A stretch of 64,000 nt of DNA from Azolla caroliniana (GCA_043228905.1 JBHGNT010000005.1:558001-622000), one strand, 5' to 3'. Positions 40,112-53,410 are shown, counted from the stretch's first letter. Numbers and translations are program-made. The notes: a model not told the origin generated them from the sequence alone.

Positions 40112-42402
40112 TATATGAATGGGGGAGTGATTTATAAGTGGTATTGTTATTATTTCTCACCCAAATAGCTGCGATTTGTATCAGTAAGGCCGAATCTGAG
40201 TATATTTTATTTCGACCTTTAGCAAATTTTTAACATTTCAAGGAAATCCATCACGTTTCATGGCAGCTTCATCAAATAAAAAGTGTAAAATCTCTGTACG
40301 CTTTTTTTCTTCTTTGTTTCCAAGGATAATCCTTGCCCTAAACCTTGGAAAAGTTACACATTTTTATATTAGAGAACTAATTACACCATGTAAACTAGAA
40401 ACATTACCAATATATATATATATATAATCAGGAATGAGATTTAATTAAAGCTAGTTAATTAATCACAGATTATCCGAACTATATATGTCAAGCCTCAATT
40501 GACATATAACTAGATATGACTTATGAACCTCATTAACAATAGTTAACAAGATGGTCGGGTGATTTAGAGGAGGATTTTATTTTGGACACCATGGTATCCC
40601 TCTTTATTGTATAAGTTGGACTTGTAGTCCTTTGGAGATATTTGAAAGAAAATTGCCGAATTGTGCTTCGGTAGGAAATAAAAAATTGGATGATGGCCCG
40701 TTGTTTTGTCGAAATGGATCTTTCGTGTTGTCACTGAAATCGGAGATAAACTATGGAACATTAAACATTCTAGAGAACCTCAAAGACTTCTCTTTTAAGG
40801 AGCACCCGAATATGGAAAATCTGGTACCGCATATCAATGTGCTTTTTGGAAGATCTCATATCGTAGGGTAAAAGCCATAATCATGTGGAAAACCTAGAAC
40901 GAATAAAATAAATATGTTTTACTCCCAAAAGAGTCAAAAATATGGTACCATAAGGAAACAACCTCTACAAATGACTTAGAACATCTCCTCATTGTGTGCA
41001 TAGTTAACCTTTGCTTACATTTGATTAAAATATAGACCTTCATATCTCAATCCAAAGGAAAGGGACATTCCAATCTTGTATGTTTTTTTGGCTTGGTAGA
41101 TATGAAGATTTTAAATGAATGAAGTCAATATTTGATTTCTTTATTTTTGCTACATTGAGAGGCATAGACTAGGAAGAGAAAGAAAGTATCTTTTTCATTT
41201 TGATGCAATTGGAAACCGACAAAGATGATTTAGGACATGATTTTAATCCACAAGAAGAGCAAAAGGTACGAACACTTGGATGTTGTTATCGCTCCTCATT
41301 GATTTGTTGTATAAATACTTTGTAATTAATGGTTAATCGGCAATATAGTTAGTTTCCCAAGGTCTTCTTTACCATAAAAGAACAATAAAATAGTGGTTGT
41401 GTTTACAAGTGATGGACAATCACGTTGACAAGAAGGAAATGTTTAAACATTTGAAAACTGCATATCTTGTTTTGAAATATTTGCTAACCAAAAACATTTT
41501 TGCTCAATGTTACCCAATGAAGCCTCATCTACACCCACATGTTTTTATGTGACCTATAAAATGCTAGCATGTTGATTGAAGCTCTCCCTTTCACAAGTGT
41601 TCCAAAGTTCTATCTTGAATAGACCGCTCTCTACACGAGTTTGAAACAAATTTATGACCTTTTAGCATGGCGTCTTTCCACACAAGGCCTTCTATATTGC
41701 TTAATGATAGTTTACCTATGACAACCATATTATGCAACGAATTCTCTACAATTGCTTCAACGTGCAACCCTTTTTCCAACATCTTATTCCATGTCTTGTG
41801 AGCCCAAATTATGATATTCTTGTAACCAACCTAAGTTTCATATTCGCAAAGAATCACCTATGAGAGATGATGATACTATTCCAAGGCTTGAAATTCCACA
41901 CCTTATGAACTCCTGTCTATACCGCCTCCAACTTGTTTGTAACCCCTTCCACTCATGACATGGCAGAATGCAACCTATGAAAGATTTCCACAAACATGCA
42001 ATAGCTAGCTAAATGTTTTGAGTTCTTATTTTCTTGTGGAAATGGAGCGATGAGGACAAACCATGAGCCTTGGTTCCTTCAATCCAAACATGCCGCATTG
42101 TGAACTGAGTCCATCCATCTAATATATATATATATATATATGTTCAAGAAACAAGTAGAAGGGGGGAGGGGTTGGTTTTCTAATGTGAGACATAAAATGT
42201 GGGGGTATGGTGTTGAATTTTACCAAAACTGGAAGGGATAGTATGGAAAAACAATAGGATTTATAGAAACCCTAAACCCTCTCTCTTTCTCTCTGTATAT
42301 ATATGGAGAGAAAGGGAAACTGAGGTGAAATTATGTCTCTGTTTTTTCTCTTACTCTGTTTTTTTTTTTAATCTTGTTGTGTTTGCTCTGTATATAGCCA
42401 TC

Positions 42403-42498
42403 ATGGGAATGCTGCTATTCTCTGGTTCCATGAGTCTAGCTCCCATAGACTGTGAGATGGCAAACAACAACAGATCAAGGTTTTGCTTTGCAAGCTAG
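42403..42498 (+). CDS. Candidate small ORF (31 aa, MGMLLFSGSMSLAPIDCEMANNNRSRFCFAS) behind a putative 5'-UTR intron
   Basis: Telobox-like aaaccctaaaccct and a CT-rich leader (~42267-42300), then a T-rich GT-AG intron-like segment (42325-42397) with an ATG 5 nt after the acceptor and a T-rich 3' region. No homolog recognised. Confidence 0.3.
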   Translation: MGMLLFSGSMSLAPIDCEMANNNRSRFCFAS

Positions 42499-43383
42499 GC
42501 TTACCATCTCTCCCACGCCTTTTAGCTTGCCAGTTAAACTTGGTACAAAAACCATAAACTACAGTATGACCCCAAAACAATGGTATCTCCTCCTCCTTCT
42601 TCTTCTTCATTACAATGGAAACTTTTCCTTTTTTATGTTTGTTTGTTTTCTGTTCCTGCTTAATTAACCTCATAACAAAAACTTGGTTACAATTGTGGTT
42701 TTGTTGGAGGCTTTTTTTTTATGTGTGTGTTTTGGTTCAATGTATTTTGGCAAAACAAAAGAAAAATAATACTATCATATTATGTGCATTTCACAATGTA
42801 TTATTCCAAATGTGAAATCAAGAGGAATGAATTTGAAATGTGGTTTCACACACATGGCACTTGCAATTGAGAGGAAATTGGGTAACCCATTAACTCGAAT
42901 ACATTGATGGCCAACATTTTGCCATCCCACGAAAAAGCCCAAAAATATTTTGATCTAACAAACCAAACACATATTACGGTGCAACAGATAGACAAACATT
43001 CTTGTTCCTCTCGCACACCGATGAAGTTGGGCTATGGGTTGATAGACTTGTGCCTAATTCCATACATTTTGCCAATTTTTTTCCTAATCACAAAACCTTA
43101 TCCAACAATTATATCAACGTTGCAATGATGAGTGTATTGGTTGTGGATTCTCACGTGGATGTTCTTTATGGACGATAAGAACTCTAATTCTAATTCTAAT
43201 TCTAGTAGGAAATTGCCAAGAATTAACAATTTTTTTCTACCAAACCATTCCAATTCAAATGGGTGAAAATCTATGACAATATCATGAAATTAACATAGTC
43301 TCCTTTACACCACATGTTGGCACACCTTTGAATGTTGCGTCTTGTTGTTTCCCACATGGTAGAATGTGGTAAGATCATGTGAG

Positions 43384-45766
43384 TTATAGTATGGTAGTTT
43401 CATAGAAGTGTTTGCAGGCTTCTTGTCGGAAACATTGAATGAGGTGGTCGTTTGTCATCCCTGACGCTTGCATAAATGAATACACAATTGATGGACCAAC
43501 AAACCTAAACCCTCTCTTCACGAGGTCTTTGCTTACACACTCTGACTTCGATGTCTTTGATGGAACTTGTGGGGTATCTCGGTATATCTTTGCAATTGGC
43601 TTGTTACCAAAAAAAGCCCAAAGGTATTTATCGAAGGAGCTGAACTCTTTCACAATCTGAAAAAAAATTGTAAAACATACTTTTCAAGTTAACCAAATGT
43701 TATTTCTCAATCTCGAATAATAATTCTTTTGTCACGGGGCTCAACAAGGTACTCATGCTAATATGATTCCAATGCTTTGTAATATATACACCTGTAAAAT
43801 TTGTTGTGCATTATTGACGATCCCTCGAATCTTTCCTGATAGTAGGAGTAAACTTTGGTTGGCTTCTAACATTTGAATATCCTTCTCAGTGAATGAGGCT
43901 ACTTTTGATGGGTCATAGCCACAAAATGCTTCCCTATGCAACATATTCCAAATAAAATGATATGGATATAATGTTTCACAAACATTTTTTTATAGCTTTG
44001 CAAAAATATCAAGAAATTTGTAAAGTGATTGAAAAGCAATTCACATTATGATATCAAGAAATTATACCTATACGCATCTCGCTTGTGAAGAATATTTGTC
44101 CAGTTGAGTTCTACCCTAGCTCCCGCAAGGACCAAAAGCTCAAATAACCTCCTGGGTGTCAACAACATCTTAGAGAGAAGGCGATACTATCAACAATATG
44201 TATTTCTTGTGCTATAAATGATTATTTACCTATCATCATGCACTGGTACTCCCCATTCCTCGTCGTGATATTTTACATAAACAGAATCTAATTTCACAAA
44301 GGGTAGATATTACAAATCAAAATAAAACAAGAATCAAGATAGGGGCAATATATTGTTTAATAAAATAAGCTATACATAACCTTGTCATAACCCAACCATA
44401 AGAACACCAAACCAAGAAAAGGCATCGAAAGTATGTGGGCAGAGGAACATGTATAATGTATGATACTAATGGCAATCGATGTAACCCCTTGCCAAGATGG
44501 TGCAAGACAATAATTCATGAAAATCTTAACATATATTATCCTACAATATTTCTTCACTAGGTCTTTATTCAAATGTGGAATGGATATTGTAAACAACCAC
44601 CAAGAAAATTCCATCCTTCGGAGAGCACTACTACCCCGGGTGGAAGATAACTCATTAGATCCCTACATTTCACGTAGTGTAGTGCCATAGCACATAGCAC
44701 ACACACACACACACGAAATCAACTAATCAGAACTAAAAGTGGCATTTCACCAGGGAGTTTTGATAGCTGTGGTCATGCTTAATGCAAGGGTGAATGGGTC
44801 TTATGTTGCCCAGTGAGCAAGTGTGAACACATATTTTGAAAGGAGCAAGACTTGTATAGTGGATGATCGTGTTTCCCTCCACTTCCTCGGGCCTACTATA
44901 GCCAGCATTTAAGAACAATGTGGGAAAATAAAAGTTTATGTATATTTCTCCATTAACAACTTAAAACTTTGCCTACCAGTTTGTGGGGTGATGAACTTGC
45001 ATCTGGAGGGTTCAACCATAACCAATGACAAAGGGTGGGTTGAGACATCGGGAACTACACGGGAATTCTTTCCAACCTTCCTTCCACATACCCCCAACTT
45101 TCTTTGGACACTTAAATCAATAATATCGCTCTCCGTGGCAAGAGTCGGCTCCTCCTTCAGATGGAGCATATTAACCTTATTAGTATCGGCTTCGACCGGT
45201 GATACAATTTGAAAGAGATCCGACGATGAGGCCGAGGACAACGAGAAAGCAGGAGGGCCAATTGTTCTTTTCCCAAATTCATATTCCTTAATCCTGGGGT
45301 AGAGCACTGGTTTTGGCAAAATGGATAAGGGGGTTTGAGGTTGGGGCTTTAGATAAGAAACTTGGGCTTCCTTGGGACAAACTTCGGATTTTCTCTGGCA
45401 CATCATTTGTCGGGGTGAAACTGGTAACTTGCGGCGAGGGGGAACATTGGTGTCAATGTAACGGTCCACACCCATATTTTCAGGTTTACGAGAAGAAGGT
45501 TTCTTCATGGAGGGTTTCGGGGTAGGGGTTGAGGTTGAGGTTGGGGAGGGGGGGGGCGGGGGACAAGACTTTGGGGCCAAAGATGGCGAAGTTTTGAACA
45601 CAACATTGACAAGAGGTATCTTGATTGAGGAAGGTTTCAAACCTCTTCTCAATCCTCCTCCTCTTCCATCACATGGCTTAATCTCTTGGTTAACATGTAT
45701 ATTGGTCAATAGAGTTGTAGGTTTTAGGACATGCCTATTTCGACCTATATGATCGTTAGAGGACAT
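43384..45766 (-). CDS. DNA-3-methyladenine glycosylase I (TAG family) with long Pro/Ser-rich N-terminal extension
   Basis: Minus-strand exons 45766-44977, 44287-44230, 44151-44068, 43933-43792 and 43656-43384, all GT-AG and in phase. Motifs: RCKFITPQTDSVYVKYHDEEWGVPVHDDRRLFELLVL, NWTNILHKRDAYREAF, FSSFDKYLWAF, SKDLVKRGFRFVGPSIVYSFMQASGMTNDHLIQCFR. Confidence 0.93.
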
Positions 45767-48700
45767 AGCTATGTATGTCTATAGGTTTAAAAACCTACTA
45801 ATTCTTCTTCTATTTCTATAGAGTTTTATGTGCGTTTAGTTCTTTTAACTTTTCTTCCTCTCTTTCTATTGGAAGTTCTAAGATTGTCCCTAGGTTGGGT
45901 TGGTATCTATTGAAAGAGGGGAGACAAAGAAAGTATGAGTTGAGTGTTGGTAGGGGAGGGCAAAAAATAAACCTCTTAATACTTCTTGGATGATGGATGA
46001 TAACACTCACAAACATGTATGTCTTGAATTGTGGGGAGAGATAGTTTGAATGTGGAGAGGGCAATTTGTGTGTGAAGTCTAGAGAGAGAGAGAGAGAGAG
46101 AGGTATGGGTTCGAATCACTACTTCCACACATCTTTGTCACATTGTAATATCGGTCTCCTAAACTACATGCCACATCGGTATATTGAATTAACCTCACAA
46201 ATATAAAATGAAGTAAGAGAGACTCTATGATTGTCTGCATGAATTACAAGATGTAGATGCTACGTAATTCGTTTTTTTTTTGTTTGGGGTGGGACCGTGG
46301 GGCACATAGGAAGTACGTCACTTTGTTTTCTGAATACTACCGTGAACTTCTCAATGTCTCTTTAGTGTGGATGAGACTAAATTTCTAGTTATTTCGATGT
46401 CCACTTCATTGATATTCTTTCCTTCACATACAAAGAGTATTGGTAGCTAACAATTCATTTCTTGCCAATTGGTGCGGTAAATATGGTTGAATAAACCAAC
46501 GAAGATTTGTCGTGTTGCTTTTGCTAGCACCCCTCTACTTGGCACAACCCCGCGAATAATAAATTGCATCATCTTGTGTTGATATGGTCAACTATGTGGG
46601 AAGAATGTTTTTGTTAGGCATCAAGTAGCTATGTAGACCATATTCGCTTAAGCCATGGTTGACACCATATAAGCACAAATGATATCTCACCAACAATAAG
46701 CAATAGTTCTTGGTTGTGTAGTTGCACTACTACCATCTAACCAACAATATACACAATTGGTCTTAGCATTCCGTTGCAAATCTCTCTTTGCACCACATTG
46801 CCCAAGTCATAGAGAAACTATTGTACCATCTTGTGATGTTGTTGCTAGAGAATGGATAGTTTTGTGGCCAATAGTCTTGATGATTTGTAGCTATCTATCT
46901 ATAGATAGTCACTCTACTTTTTTACAAATATTACCCCAAATAGCAAGGGGTATATTTTCCCCATTTAAAAAATAAAATTACACATGGTAAGGGATATATC
47001 CCTTTTGAACACAAAAAATAAAAACATGAGTCATTGAGTTGAGTGTTTAATCATGTGCAATAGAAGGCCAATGTACATCTCATTGTTTTGTATGCTCTTC
47101 ACCTAGGATGGTTATGATGGATGTACATACCACATGATTGTGATATATGCTTGTACATCGGTTGGATTTAAAAAAATGGTGACACTTGATAGTCTACCAT
47201 CATGGCAAGAATGAGAATCATATAGGTACGTCAATTCCCAATCCACATAAAACGTACACAATTACTTATATGCAAGAATGAGAATCAAATATGTACGTCA
47301 ATGGTTATTGTTGTTATGGTATCAATTAGTAGACCATGGTGTAGCACCTTCAATTATTTTCAATGCATGTGAACGACCATGCGTAAATGTAGTGATTGGA
47401 CACTACTTACCTCGGATCATTTATCGTGCCAATATCCACTTATCGCATACCTATTAGTCTTAGAATTATCATTCACAATCCAAGAATAAGAGTTTATTTA
47501 GTTATGCACAAGTTTAATGCTAGCATATACATACGTTTAGGCAATGATATCATATATCGAGAGAAGAGCCATAACTTGCACATGCTCATTTGTCTCTTTC
47601 AATTACTATAATTTGTTTTAAACTTTTGATTGGTCTCCGTTAATGTTTTGGTACTATGAAGTATCATTACCTCGTTAACACCTCGTACATTAATTTGTCA
47701 GAAGAACATGTTCTTTTTGTTGATGGCAAAACAAAGCTCCAACTTCATTTAGTATTTAATTATCATATTTGTTTACCTTGCACTTTGATATAGAGCACCA
47801 CCCCACGTATCATTTGCCATGTCAGTAAAGAAACAAAAAATATCATGTCTGGTTTGTCATTGTAATACAATTTACTTTGAAAACTCATATCATCTATTAC
47901 GCACCTTGTAATACAATATAGATGTTTAAGAAGAGCTTCTTCCAAAGTACTGATGTTGTGTCTCCCCAAAAGACTAGGTTTGATGTGTCAATGCTTATGA
48001 ATGTCCTCTTTTCTCATAGGTATAATTTTGATCTAAAATTCAGGAGAAACCAAGAGCACACAATTCATGTTCCTTTCTCCTTCATGCACATAAAATGTGC
48101 ACCTTATTGTGTAGCTAGTATGATATAGGTTAGAGTATCTTTACAATATTTGTGTGCACAAAGGAAGGACACATGCACAATGCCCGAACGTACGCATGAA
48201 ATTTCAAATCATTTATTTTATACATCGACATTCTCACAATCTATAAAGATTCTTAAAAAATATCTCTACTTAATTTCTCATACTTATTTCTCTAAATCGT
48301 CACTAACTTTCAATGCTAACCATTATCACACCATCAAATGATAGAGAAGTTGGGATATTTTAAACCCTAAGAATCCATAGAACTCATTTGTACCCAACTT
48401 ACTAGAAAAGAAATAGACATTGAGGACTTGAGCCCAAGAATCCATGAAAAAACCTCAATTATAACATGAAAAACAAGAAGTCATGATTATGATCTTTAGT
48501 AAGAAAATATTTAGTAAGAAAATATCTTTACACCCAACTAATTAAGGGGGGAATAAAACTCATTGAACAACAACGAAATACAAGAATTAAGAAATTACAA
48601 ATTGGGAATAGGAAGTTGTTACAATAAGACAAAGATAAGCATTATTTCAAGAATTTGCATAGGAAGAAATGGGGAGATTAAGGTGTTTTTTGTAAAACCT

Positions 48701-49429
48701 TTGAGACTATGGTGTGACTAATTGAAGAAGATGTTGCTAACAACTCCAAACATTCATATAGTTTATCTCTATTTTTTTAAAGTTACACAACATTGATGAC
48801 TTGGCAACTTTTCAAGCAACAGTGCACCAACAGGCCTTAACAATAATGTTTTAGCACAATTTGTAGTATGCTAGATACATTGTGCATAACTTGCAAGAGT
48901 CTTTGAGGTTATGTTTCTTATAGCACACCCCTTCGGAGGACCATTATTTTATTGTGAAAATTCGTTATCTCCATTTAACGTTTTGTGTTAATATGCATAA
49001 GGTCTATTGTGAGAACCTCGAATCCATAGAACTTTTGAACTACTTTCCAATTCAATATGTGTGTATCCTGTTTAAAAGATATGAAGGGGTTTTGATTGAT
49101 CCATTATGCTGGAAAAATGTGCCATAGTTACATGAAAGGATCATAAAGTTATACCCTTTCTAAAGATGCATTTAGGTTAAACCTCAAAACTAGAGACATC
49201 TCTAAACACATAGGTAATTACACTTACAAATGCACAACACGTGTAAACTTTGGGTATCACCAAGAAAGGTCCATGCAAACATGAAACCCACCCCTAAACA
49301 AAACTCTTATTAATTGTTTGTACATGATACAATATACAAAGCATCATACAATGAAGGAATTTTGATTATTATACAAAATGACCAAATATTGAAGGACATG
49401 TGATATTTGAGAACAATGTTAAGTGCATT

Positions 49430-49960
49430 AAACAGTCAGCAATGGTTCAGTTTGAGTTTAGTTTAAATTGTTTGGGGTTAACAACTTAACGATTTAAAAG
49501 GTTATGTTTGGTTCAGTTTAGGTTTAGAAATTTTCAAACGGTTCAATTTGCCTTGGGGTTTCAAGGGTTTGGTTTGAGCCTTTACCGACTTAATGTTGTG
49601 CAATTTAAATGATTTAACTGTTTGTAGTTTAACAGCTTGAAACCGTTGCTTTTAATGGCTTACGGTTTATAAAGTTAACTAGCCATTAAATATGAAATAA
49701 CTTCATCAAAGTTAAGGAGTTATAGCCTACTAACTTAAGATGTTATATTATTAAAGATTCAATATTTTCTTCTTTGCCTAGTTTATAACTTAAGAATTGC
49801 ACAAAAGGTAACACAAAGTAGTGGTTTGCTCTAAACCACGAAAATGTAGCTTAACAATCTGAAAATTTCTTGAACGATTTGGTTTGACATTAAAAATCTC
49901 TCAAATGGTTTTGGTTTAAACAGTTTTATGCTTCCAAACCAAACCATTCCCAAATGCTAA
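49430..49960. mobile_element. hAT-like MITE rich in GGTTT/AAACC motifs
   Basis: The left end aatggttcagtttg and the right end caaaccaaaccatt are imperfect inverted repeats, with many ggtt/aacc motifs inside. Confidence 0.45.
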
Positions 49961-50844
49961 GTTCATTGGCAATCGACATAGAGAAAATACAAAAACATCA
50001 GAGACCAGCCACAGTTTGATCAAAACAAGCACCAAATCGAATCGTTGGAATGATATTGATGATGACAAAAATCTTTGTAAAAGTACAAAAGATAAGAATC
50101 AGGGTCCAGTAAGATCACCATATTCAGACTGTGCAGAACACAATCAACAACAGTGTCACATTTGTTCCATTAGTTGCCAAATCTGTATCTATGAGATTAC
50201 AATAGTGCATTCCAAGACACTACAGTTTCAATTAGAAGCACCTGACATGCTATTCTGTCAGAGTATCTTGATATATGCATCAGCAACCTTACCATAACCA
50301 TAAGGATAAATACATGAATGACGTCCACATTTCATCGTTGCCTAAATGTCAGCCCGCAAGCGACAAACTAAATCCTCAGGTCGGGTGGAATGGCACTACT
50401 GGCAAATACTGTATGACAAAGATGCAGGCGCAAAGTGTGGTAGGCCTGCTAGCATTTTTTTGTTTGGCTAAAGCATACAAGAAAAGCCGACCATATCTAG
50501 ACATTGATGTGACACAAGCATAGAGATGTCCACTAGACCAATCAACAATACAACAATATTTCCATGTTCACACATATCCGGTTAATAATGCACTATTGTC
50601 ATCATATTCCAAAATCTCACCAAAATCATATGTTTCAATACAGGATCAAGGGATATACGATGTCACACATTGCTTGTTAATGTTCCTGGTATGTGGAATT
50701 CTATAAGCTTCGTTATTTATGTACACATAGCACCATGGTCTAATAAGCTCTGATAAGACTTCGAATATGCATCATTGCCAAATCCAATTTGCTTCAGATT
50801 GCAGAAGAGAATCATGTTGTTTCCTTTTAAGGACATCATGTGTT

Positions 50845-52785
50845 TCATCCCTTGCATACTTTCACCATCTTGTCAATAACTGCGTGGATTCTCTCTGAGT
50901 CATTCTTCCTACTATTAACGGCATACAAATTTGACAGTAGTACATACGGGCTTGTATCCTTTGGAACCAAGTTGATCATTTGCTCAGCTGCATGTTTTCC
51001 TCGGAAGGTATCACTATGGATTCTACATGACGCTAATAAAGCTGACCACAGACGTTCATCAGGCCAACACGGCATCTTCCGAATGAATTGTTCTGCTTCA
51101 GCCAGCATCCCGGCTCTACCGAAGAGATCAATCATGCATACATAATGCTCGACTCTAGGAGTTAGAATATAGTCTTTCTCCATGGAAACAAAACATGAAC
51201 GACCCTCTTCCACTAACCCTGCATGGCTGCAAGCCGAGAGAAGGATAATATAGGTAACCTCATCGGGTTTTATATGCTCTTCTTGCATTTCCTTGTATAA
51301 TTGAAGTGCTACTTTTGCATGACCTTGTTGTGAGAACGCTGCAAGAATTGCAGTCCATGAAATCACATTACGCGGACGGATTTTATCGAAGACAGATCTT
51401 GCAGAGCCCAGAGCTCCACATTTACCATACATGTGGATTAGAGCATTTCCAATTTGTACATCAGATTCTAATCCATCTGTAAGAAGTGATGCATGAATCC
51501 ACTTTCCTTCCTCTAAGGCTGCCAAACTTGCGCAAGCACTAATAACTCCAATAAATGTAACCATGTCTGGTTTGACACCTTGTTGTTGCATGTTTCTAAA
51601 TGTATCAAGTCCTTGTGCACCAAGACCCTGTTGGGCATAGGCAGTAATTATACCATTCCAAGTCACCAAATCATGCTCTTTCATTTTATTGAAAACACAC
51701 TGCGCCTCAGCTGGCATTCTACATTTCCCGTACATGTTAATAATGGCATTGGCTACAACAAGGTCTGAAATAAGTCCATCTTCCACGACACCAGTGTGAA
51801 TAACCCTACCCTGTGTCACATCTTCCAGAATCGCACAAGCTCTCAAGGAGTTAATATATGTGCAATCATTAGCATATAAACCCAGTGCCTGCATGAGTTG
51901 AAATAAGCTGATCGCTTCTCTACCTTGTTCATGATTGACATAAACGGTGATCATTGCATTCCAAGAGACAATATTTCCATTGGGGAGGCGATCGAAAACG
52001 GCACGAGCATTCTTTACCAATTCACATCTGCCATACATAGTAACAAGGGCAGTTCCTACAATAACATCAGCTAACTGATCATCATGCATACACGAATGTA
52101 TTTTCTTTCCTTCAACAAGACTTTCCTTTGTGATACAAGCACCAAGTAGACTAATGTATGTGACATTATTTGGTGATACCCCTTCCTCTTGCATTCTTTT
52201 GTAGAGGACAAATGCCTCCTTGCTTTGTCCTCTTCTGGCACAAGCCGTAATAATGGCTGTCCATGTAATAACATTCCGATTGAGAACTTTGTTAAAAACT
52301 GTGATCGAATCCTTAAAAGAACAATATTTGGCATACATCGAGATCAACACATTCGACAAATGTGTAGCTTGCCCAAGGTCGAAGTTCAAAATGTAATGGT
52401 CATAGTGTCTAACTTGAGTCAAAGAAGAGCATTTCTGCAAACACTTACCGATCTGAAGATGATCATGTTCCAAAAGGGAATAGAATCCATCTTGCAAATC
52501 AGCAAGAGACTTTTCTCTGTCTTTCTCACTGTGAATGGAAAGTTTAGATTGTGAACCATTTCGTGATTCATGTTGTAGGGTAACTTGGTTTATCTTGATA
52601 GGGCAATTAGACTGTTTGCATGATGAACTAGATATGGAGATATGATCAGAGATCCTATCACCCATTGCTTCAAGCTCTTCCATGCTTGCAGCAGAATACC
52701 TCATAGACCTTACGAGCCTCATGCTATGTTGGATCTCAATTATATTCTTAGCATTTATTTTAGTTGATGCGTTTATAGCATCCAT
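50845..52785 (-). CDS. PLS-class pentatricopeptide repeat protein with E domain, no DYW (probable organellar RNA-editing factor)
   Basis: 646-aa intronless ORF with repeated P-L-S motifs (NVITWTAIITAC, VTYISLLGAC, VGTALVTMYGRC, IGNALIHMYGKCG). These are followed by LLSACSHAGLVEEG, HYVCMIDLFGRAG and E-domain WSALLASCRIH...PYVLLSNLYA, with a stop soon after. Confidence 0.95.
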   Translation of the reverse strand: MDAINASTKINAKNIIEIQHSMRLVRSMRYSAASMEELEAMGDRISDHISISSSSCKQSNCPIKINQVTLQHESRNGSQSKLSIHSEKDREKSLADLQDGFYSLLEHDHLQIGKCLQKCSSLTQVRHYDHYILNFDLGQATHLSNVLISMYAKYCSFKDSITVFNKVLNRNVITWTAIITACARRGQSKEAFVLYKRMQEEGVSPNNVTYISLLGACITKESLVEGKKIHSCMHDDQLADVIVGTALVTMYGRCELVKNARAVFDRLPNGNIVSWNAMITVYVNHEQGREAISLFQLMQALGLYANDCTYINSLRACAILEDVTQGRVIHTGVVEDGLISDLVVANAIINMYGKCRMPAEAQCVFNKMKEHDLVTWNGIITAYAQQGLGAQGLDTFRNMQQQGVKPDMVTFIGVISACASLAALEEGKWIHASLLTDGLESDVQIGNALIHMYGKCGALGSARSVFDKIRPRNVISWTAILAAFSQQGHAKVALQLYKEMQEEHIKPDEVTYIILLSACSHAGLVEEGRSCFVSMEKDYILTPRVEHYVCMIDLFGRAGMLAEAEQFIRKMPCWPDERLWSALLASCRIHSDTFRGKHAAEQMINLVPKDTSPYVLLSNLYAVNSRKNDSERIHAVIDKMVKVCKG

Positions 52786-53410
52786 ACATCCTAGATTGAG
52801 TTACCATATATCCATACGAACATGGAGTGTAGATGATACAATCATAAAATCCATCCATGGGATTGAGTCTGGGTAACACATTCATAACATCCATCCATGA
52901 CATTGAGTATAGGTAATACATTCATAAAATCCATCTTTCACATGGAGTCAAGGTAATACATTCTGCACATTCATCCCAAGGCATGGCATATAGGCAATAC
53001 ACTCATAACATCCACCCCAAGGCATGTAGTATAGGTAATACATTCATAACATTCATCCATACTATGTTGAACCTCTACCACCATAGCCTGATCTTCAAGG
53101 CATTCTAGGTAATGCACACATTCATGCCATGATGAATGTCCATCATATCTAGGTAATGCACCCATAACATCCATCCATGTTATATTGAATTTCCATCATA
53201 TCTGGGTATGATATATCATGCTTCGATAACATTCATCTGTGCCGTGGTGAATCCCCATCATATCTAGGGGTGCTAATGCAATCATATAATCGGTTCATGC
53301 TATGTTCAATCTTCACCACCGACTGAGCATGTATTATAGGAAATGCATCCATAAAATGCACCAATTCTATGTTGAATCTCAACCATACACTGAGCATCTA
53401 TTATAGGCAT
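52780..53410. repeat. Degenerate ~40-bp minisatellite grading into ~55-60-bp units, directly 5' of the PPR ORF
   Basis: Units such as catccatccatg(g/a)(g/c)attgagt...ggtaatacattcataa repeat about 7 times. They are followed by units with tatgttgaa..cc.ccatcatatct / actgagcat.tattatagg. Confidence 0.8.

Noticed and set aside
40550-42110. Possible decayed transposon fragments between the HHO and glycosylase genes
   Set aside because: No termini or catalytic motifs could be confirmed by eye.
42440-42535. Possible conserved miRNA hairpin
   Set aside because: Only 7-8 bp stems, and no match to the conserved plant miRNA families I recognise.
50016-50523. Plus-strand ORFs of 82-93 aa downstream of the PPR gene
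   Set aside because: No motifs or splice structure; probably antisense to the PPR 3' region.
52780-53410. Conserved cores with variable intervening sequence considered as CRISPR-like
   Set aside because: The variable parts are homologous to each other, so this is a degenerate minisatellite.
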